NCBI GenBank assembly: GCA_964469205.1
Contig: CAYXYD010000002.1
Coordinates: 1 to 41,281, forward strand
Length of the DNA: 41,281 nucleotides
Reading direction: 5' to 3'
Source of the DNA: an uncultured Sphaerochaeta sp.
Lineage (GTDB): Bacteria; Spirochaetota; Spirochaetia; Sphaerochaetales; Sphaerochaetaceae
In this document: positions 34,571-41,281 of the stretch, piece by piece
Layout of the letters: every line of letters starts with the position of its first letter
Numbering within the stretch: the first letter of the stretch is position 1
Program-made: the position numbers and the translations under genes
The notes under the pieces: model-generated
Seen by the model: only the letters and a program-made list of their open reading frames with translations
What the model was told of the DNA's origin: nothing
Databases searched by the model: none

Positions 34571-36205
34571 GTGGCTGAAATATTCATTAGTGGTCATCGT
34601 AATCCGGATATGGACAGTGTTTGCGCTGCCTATAGCTATGCATACCTGAAAAACAAGCTCGATCCATCCAATACCTATACTCCCGTACGTTGTGGCAATC
34701 TCAACGACACAACCAAGGCGCAATTTGATCGTCTGGAGGTTCAGGCACCTGCCTTTATCAAGGATGTGCGCTCTCGTGTCTCAAGTGTCACGCGTGTGCC
34801 CAATACAGTCTTGCAGACAACAGACCCTGTCTACAATCTGGTCTCCTTCTACGGCAAGGCCAACCAGAGCTCTGTCATTCCAATTTTGGAAGGGAAAGCC
34901 TATAAGGGGCTTCTCAGTGTTGATGAGGTAAGTAGTTTTGTGTTGCGGGAAAACAGTGGCAGTCGTCCTGTCTACCACTTTGTTCCCGAGAATTTTCCCA
35001 AGGTGCTCAGGGGCAAGTTTATCAAGAGAGGAGAGCTCACTTCCTTTGATGCCCCTATCGTAGTAGGTGCGATGCGCTATACGATATTTTGTAAACACAT
35101 GGAAGCCCTAATTGAGAAAAAGCCCATATTGGTGGTCGGAGATAGGGAAGATCACATAAGAAAAGCAGTAGAAATGCAGATTCCGGCCATCATTCTGACT
35201 GGATTGGAGAATGGTCTCACCTCCGATGTTGACTTCTCTTCCTACAAGGGGACGGTGTTCATCAGTGAGGAGGACACTGCAGAGTCCCTGAGGCTGCTGC
35301 GTCTCACCATCCCTGTAAAAGAGCTGATACAGAACGATCCTCCTGGCATCCAGGATGATACGCTCTTCGATGAAGCCAAGGCAATCCTAGCAGAGAGCGA
35401 GTTCCGAGGGCTCCCTATCTTTGCAGGGGAAAAGTGGACAGGCTTTGTCACCAGAAGGTGCTTCTTGGAGAAGCCCAAGACGAAGCTGATCATGGTCGAC
35501 CATAATGAACCAGAACAGAGTGTGCCGGGCATTGAGGAGGCTGAGGTTGTTGAGATCATAGACCATCACCGCCTTGGGGCAGCGAAGACACGCCATCCGA
35601 TCTACATCCGATGCGAACCCTTGGGTTCGACCTGCACCATCATATACAACCTCTTCGTCCGCAATGAGGTCACCATACCGGAGTCTCTTGCCAAGGTTAT
35701 GCTCAGTGGTATTGTCAGTGACACCATCATGCTCAAGAGTCCTACCACCACCTTTGAGGACTACACTGCGGTGCAGGACCTCTGTGCGATAGCAAACATT
35801 CCAGAAATGAGGGATTTTGGCGAAACGATGTTCGCAAGTGGTGCTTCTCTTGCCAAGGAAGATCCTCGCAAGATGCTCGAGTCAGATTTCAAGCAGTATG
35901 AGGAGTTTGGTATCAGGTTTGGTATCGGCCAGGTTGAAGTGACGACACTCTCAGATTTGGAAGACTATAGGAAAGAGTACTTGCTGGAGCTTGAGCAGCT
36001 CAAGCGTGCATATGCCCTTACCTGGGCGATGTTCCTCATCACTGATGTGGTGCGTGAGCATAGCGTGCTGTTGATGACATCCTTGCAAGGCTATGAGAGA
36101 AAACTTGCCTATGTTAGGGAAGCTGAAGATACCTTCAGTCTGCCTGGGGTGCTTTCCCGTAAGAAACAGCTGCTTCCTGAAATACTCAGAGTCCTTGGGG
36201 AGTGA
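34571..36205 (+). CDS. ppaC: Family II Mn-dependent inorganic pyrophosphatase with a CBS-DRTGG insert (CBS-PPase)
   Basis: GHRNPDMDS, MVDHNE.EQS, IIDHHRLG, GIVSDT, DFK, SRKKQ; ~230-aa regulatory insert containing VVGDRED. Confidence 0.9.
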   Translation: MAEIFISGHRNPDMDSVCAAYSYAYLKNKLDPSNTYTPVRCGNLNDTTKAQFDRLEVQAPAFIKDVRSRVSSVTRVPNTVLQTTDPVYNLVSFYGKANQSSVIPILEGKAYKGLLSVDEVSSFVLRENSGSRPVYHFVPENFPKVLRGKFIKRGELTSFDAPIVVGAMRYTIFCKHMEALIEKKPILVVGDREDHIRKAVEMQIPAIILTGLENGLTSDVDFSSYKGTVFISEEDTAESLRLLRLTIPVKELIQNDPPGIQDDTLFDEAKAILAESEFRGLPIFAGEKWTGFVTRRCFLEKPKTKLIMVDHNEPEQSVPGIEEAEVVEIIDHHRLGAAKTRHPIYIRCEPLGSTCTIIYNLFVRNEVTIPESLAKVMLSGIVSDTIMLKSPTTTFEDYTAVQDLCAIANIPEMRDFGETMFASGASLAKEDPRKMLESDFKQYEEFGIRFGIGQVEVTTLSDLEDYRKEYLLELEQLKRAYALTWAMFLITDVVREHSVLLMTSLQGYERKLAYVREAEDTFSLPGVLSRKKQLLPEILRVLGE

Positions 36206-38236
36206 TCACTTGATCTCGCTGATGGATTTTATGGAGGGGATGGTCTTCAGGTTCTTTACGATTTTCTTGAAGTCATCCTCATGCTGGACCTCCATGGTAA
36301 AGGTTCCCATCAGTTTTCCTTCCTCGTCATCATGCAGTCTTCCCTCAATGAGGTGACCCTTGAATTTCCTGAGGGTCCCTTCAATTTCGCCAAACAGGTC
36401 ATAGGTGCGCTTGCTTGAGACACTGAAGCGTTTGGTAAGCTTGGGGGACTCAGTCTCCCATTCCACTTCAATGGAACGGTCTACTATCTCACTCATGTTC
36501 TTGAGGTTGGGACAGTCACGCTTGTGGACGATGATGCCTCTTCCTCGGCTGATGTACCCCACGATTTCATCGCCTCGGACTGGGGAGCAGCACTGGGCGA
36601 TGTGGATCATCATGTTTTTCTCATCGCCGACAACGAACTTCATCCGTGAGAGATCGACTACTTGGCGGACAATTTCGTCTGCATCGGTTGGAGGAGGTGT
36701 TGGCAGTGGCTGTTCGACCTTCGCCTGCGCTTCAGAGATCTTACGTTTGGCGATGATGTCCTTGTCGATGAGGATGTTCTCATCATACTTGTTCAGCCAT
36801 GCCTTGATCTTCTTTCGTGCGCTGCTGGTCTGCACATAGCGTAGCCACTGTACGCGGGGCCTTGCATTGGGGGAGGTGAGGATCTCAATGACCTGTGTGT
36901 TCTTCAGCTGTGCATTGAGCGCTATGATCGAGCCGTCAGCCTTTGCCCCTGTGGTGTGATTACCGACCTCTGTATGGATCTGGTAGGCAAAGTCCAGGGG
37001 GGTGGCGTTCTTGGGAAGCTCTACGATATGCCCTTGGGGGGTGAATACGTAGATTGTGTCTTTCAGGAGTTCGCCTTTGATGTCCTCCATATAGGACTCG
37101 CTGCTCTCAATTTCACTGGACCAGGTTTTCAGTTTGCTTATGATCCTGGAGAACTGGTCGTTGTCCATCTTTGACCAGTTGCCGCTGTCACTGCCGGTCT
37201 CAGCCTTGTAGGTCCAGTGGGCTGCAACACCGTACTCGGCGGTGAAGTGCATATCCTTGGTACGGATCTGGATTTCCATCAGCTTGCCGTCGAGTGCCAT
37301 GACTGTTGTGTGCAGGCTCTGGTAGTTGTTGGCCTTGGGCATGGCGATATAGTCTTTGAAGCGGCCTTCGATGGGGGGCCATAGGCGGTGGATCACCCCG
37401 AGGATGGTATAGCACTCGGTAAGGTTGTTGCAGAGGATTCTGACTCCGAGGATGTCGAAGATCTCATCGATCTCTTTTTTCCTCTTCTTCATCTTCATAT
37501 AGACAGAGTAGGTGTGTTTTGCACGGCTGGTCACTATGACATCGCTAAGGTTGGCATCACCGCAGGCGCGGTAGATGCTCTTCTCTATGCGGTTTAGGTA
37601 GGCTGTCTGCTCACCCTTCTTGCTCAAGAGGTAGTCCTGGATATACTGGAAGGTATCGGGCTTGAGGATTTTCAGTGAAAGGTCTTCAAGCTCGTCCTTC
37701 AGCCAGGAGATACCCAAGCGGTCAGCTAGGGGGGCGAAGATGTCCAGTGTCTCTCCAGCTATCTCTTTTGCCCGTTCAGGCTTCAGATGCTGTAACGTGC
37801 GCATGTTGTGCAGTTTGTCAGCCAGCTTGATGATGATGACGCGGATGTCCTTGCTCATGGCGAAGAACATCTTCCTGATGGTCTCAGCTTCCTGGGCGCT
37901 TCGGCTCAATGCCTTGAGGTTGCTGATCTTGGTTTCACTTTCAACCATGTCTGCAACAGACTGTCCGAAGAGTTCAGCAAGGTTCTCATAGGTGGTGTCG
38001 GTATCTTCGATGGTGTCATGCAGCAATCCTGCCACGATGGTATCGGCATCCATCTTCAGCTGTATGAGGATCTCCCCAACTGCAAGGGGGTGGATGATAT
38101 AGGGCTCTCCACTGGCTCGTTTTTGGTTTTTGTGTTTGGACGCAGAGTAGGTGGCGGCCGCAAGAATCTTCTCTTGGTCCGCTTTAGGATATTTGAAGGC
38201 TTTCTGGATGAAACGCTCTATCAGTTGTTCGTACAA
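36206..38236 (-). CDS. rel: Bifunctional (p)ppGpp synthetase/hydrolase (long RSH)
   Basis: RASGEPYIIHP, LLHDTIED (intact HD), KLADKLHNMRTL, RFKDYI.MPK.N.YQSLHT, EIQIRT, TGS DFAYQIHT, AQCCSP, ACT-like C-terminus; TTG start. Confidence 0.96.
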   Translation of the reverse strand: MYEQLIERFIQKAFKYPKADQEKILAAATYSASKHKNQKRASGEPYIIHPLAVGEILIQLKMDADTIVAGLLHDTIEDTDTTYENLAELFGQSVADMVESETKISNLKALSRSAQEAETIRKMFFAMSKDIRVIIIKLADKLHNMRTLQHLKPERAKEIAGETLDIFAPLADRLGISWLKDELEDLSLKILKPDTFQYIQDYLLSKKGEQTAYLNRIEKSIYRACGDANLSDVIVTSRAKHTYSVYMKMKKRKKEIDEIFDILGVRILCNNLTECYTILGVIHRLWPPIEGRFKDYIAMPKANNYQSLHTTVMALDGKLMEIQIRTKDMHFTAEYGVAAHWTYKAETGSDSGNWSKMDNDQFSRIISKLKTWSSEIESSESYMEDIKGELLKDTIYVFTPQGHIVELPKNATPLDFAYQIHTEVGNHTTGAKADGSIIALNAQLKNTQVIEILTSPNARPRVQWLRYVQTSSARKKIKAWLNKYDENILIDKDIIAKRKISEAQAKVEQPLPTPPPTDADEIVRQVVDLSRMKFVVGDEKNMMIHIAQCCSPVRGDEIVGYISRGRGIIVHKRDCPNLKNMSEIVDRSIEVEWETESPKLTKRFSVSSKRTYDLFGEIEGTLRKFKGHLIEGRLHDDEEGKLMGTFTMEVQHEDDFKKIVKNLKTIPSIKSISEIK

Positions 38237-39084
38237 TTATGTATCCCCCATACAACTCTTTCTCTTCCACTCAGGTCATTCTCGCTCATGATCATACTAA
38301 ACCCGGAGGCTTGCATGAGAATCCTGATCTCATCTACCTGACGGTAGTCACACTCCATCATCAGAGCTCCTCCGTCCTGCAAGGACGAGGTGCTCTGTTC
38401 TACCAAAGCCCTGATAAGGTCTAGGCCATCAAGGCCAAACCCCTCGAGAGCCAGCCTAGGCTCCCTCTTTACGTCGTCACTGACCTCCTCACACCACTCT
38501 CTGGTGAGATAAGGGGGGTTGCTGACGATGATATCATATTTATCAGGGAGAGTGGAAAGAAGATTGTCTTGGATCGTCGGCAAAGGATGCCCTACAAGCT
38601 GTAAGGCATTTACTTTGGTTACAGCCAGTGCATCGAGCGAGATATCAGAAAGGGCCACATCATAGCCAAGTTCACAGGCTAGGGTTATCCCTACACATCC
38701 GCTTCCTGTACAGACATCAATGATACGAAGCTTTTCATCCCTCTGCCTTGCATGTAAAAGAGCGACTTCCACCAAGGTCTCGGTATCGGGACGGGGAATG
38801 AGCACCCGCTCATCAACTAAAAAAGACCTTCCGTAGAATTCCTTGTAGCCAAGGATGTATGCCATAGGGCGAGAGCCAAGACGTTCTGCAAGCATTGAAT
38901 CCAGTATAGACAACTCACTCTCATCAAGTGTCTTGTCAGGATGTAGGATCTGCTCCACCTGGGTTAAGGAGGTAGCCTTCTCCATGAGTAGGCGTGCTTC
39001 TAGCTCAGGTGTCTCTGTTATGTTGTTCTCTCGGAGTTCTCTTGCACAAAAAGCCCTAAGACCTCCTACCGAAGTGCCATCCAT
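38221..39084 (-). CDS. prmC: Release factor glutamine methyltransferase PrmC (HemK)
   Basis: PMAYILG.KEFYG, VLIPRPDTE, DVCTGSGC, SNPPY. Confidence 0.96.
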   Translation of the reverse strand: MDGTSVGGLRAFCARELRENNITETPELEARLLMEKATSLTQVEQILHPDKTLDESELSILDSMLAERLGSRPMAYILGYKEFYGRSFLVDERVLIPRPDTETLVEVALLHARQRDEKLRIIDVCTGSGCVGITLACELGYDVALSDISLDALAVTKVNALQLVGHPLPTIQDNLLSTLPDKYDIIVSNPPYLTREWCEEVSDDVKREPRLALEGFGLDGLDLIRALVEQSTSSLQDGGALMMECDYRQVDEIRILMQASGFSMIMSENDLSGRERVVWGIHNCTNN

Positions 39085-39085
39085 A

Positions 39086-40150
39086 TCAAGCTTCCTGGAT
39101 GGCCAGCTCCCCTGCAGCTACCTTCATTGCATCAATGACTTCCTCAAGCTGTCCACCCATGACGAGTTCAAGCTTATAGAGGGTGAGGTTGATCCTATGG
39201 TCGGTAAAGCGGTTTTGGGGGAAGTTGTAGGTGCGGATGCGTCCGCTACGGTCGCCGGTCCCTACCTGGACCTTACGGGCAGCTGAGCGTTCACTGTTTT
39301 TCTTCTCTTCTTCCAGATCAAACAGGCGGGATCGTAGGACACGAAGAGCCTTTGCCTTGTTCTTGATCTGGCTCTTTTCATCCTGGCAGATTACGACCAG
39401 CCCGGTGGGAAGGTGGGTGAGTCTCACTGCACTGTCAGTTGTGTTGACGCTCTGTCCCCCTGGACCGCTGGATCGCATGACGTCAGTCTTCAGGTCTTCA
39501 GCTTTAATTTCAATGTCAGTCGCTTCTGCTTCAGGCAAGACTGCTACAGTTACTGCAGAGGTGTGAATCCTTCCGCCGCTCTCTGTCTCAGGGACACGCT
39601 GGACACGGTGTGTCCCGCTCTCCCAGCGAAGCGAGCCGAAGACATCCTTGCCGCTTACGCCGAGTATAAGTTCCTTGAAGCCGCCGATACCAGTCTCATT
39701 CGAGCTGAGGATCTCAATCTTCCACCCTTTTTCGTCTGCATAGTGGCTGTACATCCTGAAGAGGTCTGCAGCAAACAGGGCGGCTTCATCACCGCCTGTA
39801 CCAGCACGTATCTCCATGATGATGTCCTTGCCCTCCATGGGATCGGGGGGTATGAGCAGCATCTTGGTCTTCTTCTGGGATACGATGAATGCTTCCTTGA
39901 GGCCACTAAGCTCCTCACGGGTCATCTCCAGCATCTCAGCATCACTCTCTTCATGCAGGAGTTGCTCAGCATCAGAGATCTGACTGAGCAGGCTCTGCAT
40001 GGTGTGCAGCTCATCGACGATGGGGGCAAGATGTGAGCGCTCCTGATTCAAGCTCTTGAATATCGTCATGTCCTGCATAGTCTCAGGAAGACTGAGTTTC
40101 ACATCAATATCTGCAAGCTGCTTCTCATATTCGGGCAGTTTCTTAAGCAT
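39086..40150 (-). CDS. prfA: Peptide chain release factor 1
   Basis: [21 protein letters not shown] (RF1 PxT motif), [17 protein letters not shown]. Confidence 0.98.
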   Translation of the reverse strand: MLKKLPEYEKQLADIDVKLSLPETMQDMTIFKSLNQERSHLAPIVDELHTMQSLLSQISDAEQLLHEESDAEMLEMTREELSGLKEAFIVSQKKTKMLLIPPDPMEGKDIIMEIRAGTGGDEAALFAADLFRMYSHYADEKGWKIEILSSNETGIGGFKELILGVSGKDVFGSLRWESGTHRVQRVPETESGGRIHTSAVTVAVLPEAEATDIEIKAEDLKTDVMRSSGPGGQSVNTTDSAVRLTHLPTGLVVICQDEKSQIKNKAKALRVLRSRLFDLEEEKKNSERSAARKVQVGTGDRSGRIRTYNFPQNRFTDHRINLTLYKLELVMGGQLEEVIDAMKVAAGELAIQEA

Positions 40151-40294
40151 GGGTATCTCCTACAATGGGTTTTTCAAGTATACAAAACTAGGGTGGCTTT
40201 GCATAGCATTGCCAGATAGCCAGTTAAGGATATGAATTTTACATAATCAAACGCAAAGCTTGGGATCTGAAAGGTTTAAAAGAGCCAATGCAAC

Positions 40295-41281
40295 CTAGTC
40301 CAATAGCATAAACTTCATTTGTACTGGCTCATGGTCTGAGTATCTAAAGTCCATTGCCGATACCTTTGTCTCTATGATCTTGATATTAGGAGAAACGATA
40401 AATCCATCAATGAAAAACTTGGCCAGTTTGTCTTTATTTCCAACATATGGCTTTATGAGAGACCTGTTTGTAGGAGTTTTTGTATCTACACCCATTTCCC
40501 AACTAGGCAAGCTATCCCATTCAACTGTAGGGGCCGTCCACTCAGTGAGAAGAGTAGGATCAACCTTTAGGTCTTTGATCAATGTTTGATTCCAGTCCCC
40601 ACCGGCAATTACAAAATTTCCTTTTTCATACTCCTTTGATATGATCTCAGATAAAAGTTTTGTTTGCGCTATTTTCCCTTCCCCACTATCATATGCTTCC
40701 AGATGAAAATTAATCACTACAAAATCATGTTCGTTACCCTTTATAGGGTATCTGGTTAGTAGCATTGCCCTTTTGAGATTAACTGTTCTCACAGGCCACG
40801 AAAACGGATTGGGAAGAGATACTCTTTCTGAATCCTTTATCGTATGGCTTGCCATACTCAATAGACCAGAGTTTACCTTTCCAATAGGGGGGAAAGGGAA
40901 AGGAACATATTTCACCTTAAAGTTATAGGCAAAGCTTCTGCCCATTTTATCTACTACTAGCTTATCTATCTGATTGATGTTATAGGATCGTTTAGAATCT
41001 TCATCAACCTCTTGAAGCATAGTGAAATCACTATCTAAATCCAGTAACTTTTCTTTGATGTGCTGTATATTGTCTTCTACAATAGCTTTGTTTTTAGGTC
41101 GAACGGTTTCTCCTCCATCCATAAAAAAGTCTTCAGTTTCACCAAGACCTCCATAGCCTATGTTAAAGCTTGTAATAGAATATTCTTTCTGTACTTCTAC
41201 GATTTCACTAGTGGTATTTCCTATAATATTCAGGCTTTCCCTATCTTTTGGCCTATATTCTACGAGAGTAATACCACCTAA
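40295..41281 (-). CDS. Endonuclease/exonuclease/phosphatase (EEP) family protein, 5' end outside the window
   Basis: Frame stays open from 41122 to the window edge (..YRP..SFNIGYGGLG...FFMDGG); LQEVD, NFHLEAY, GGDWN, IDGF, SDHEPV. Confidence 0.88.
   Translation of the reverse strand, partial: LGGITLVEYRPKDRESLNIIGNTTSEIVEVQKEYSITSFNIGYGGLGETEDFFMDGGETVRPKNKAIVEDNIQHIKEKLLDLDSDFTMLQEVDEDSKRSYNINQIDKLVVDKMGRSFAYNFKVKYVPFPFPPIGKVNSGLLSMASHTIKDSERVSLPNPFSWPVRTVNLKRAMLLTRYPIKGNEHDFVVINFHLEAYDSGEGKIAQTKLLSEIISKEYEKGNFVIAGGDWNQTLIKDLKVDPTLLTEWTAPTVEWDSLPSWEMGVDTKTPTNRSLIKPYVGNKDKLAKFFIDGFIVSPNIKIIETKVSAMDFRYSDHEPVQMKFMLLD

Noticed and set aside
36206-40150. prfA-prmC-rel operon as a novel linkage
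   Set aside because: This order is already known in spirochaetes such as Borrelia; useful for taxonomy only

Overview
A gene-dense, mostly housekeeping bacterial chromosomal segment. It is most likely from a free-living spirochaete such as Sphaerochaeta; this is inferred from the prfA-prmC-rel order, the long GlyA and the spirochaete-style lipoproteins. It holds about 34 CDSs and one tRNA-Arg(CCU): hflX/ychF, a B12-radical SAM enzyme, topA, a CopB-type ATPase, an RNB ribonuclease, mscL, a liv ABC operon with acuB and an Smr protein, infA, an NSS transporter, glyA-gcvH-gcvPA-gcvPB, dihydropyrimidinase, a HAD-cytidine deaminase/PLD-lipoprotein operon, rpiB, CBS-PPase, rel-prmC-prfA and a truncated EEP gene. 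I found no CRISPR array, rRNA, integrase or intact transposase. Best leads: (1) a 791-bp cassette with an orphan IS630-type DNA-binding gene between 24-bp quasi-palindromic inverted repeats; (2) a possible nucleotide/pyrimidine-scavenging operon (HAD-CDA fusion, exported PLD, two paralogous beta-rich envelope proteins); (3) a tail-anchored PIN/Zn-finger protein coupled to topA; (4) a two-state, SD-sequestering 5' leader on a frameshifted copB; (5) an Smr protein with four repeated helical motifs; (6) several probably leaderless genes. All calls come from reading motifs by eye, with no database searches.
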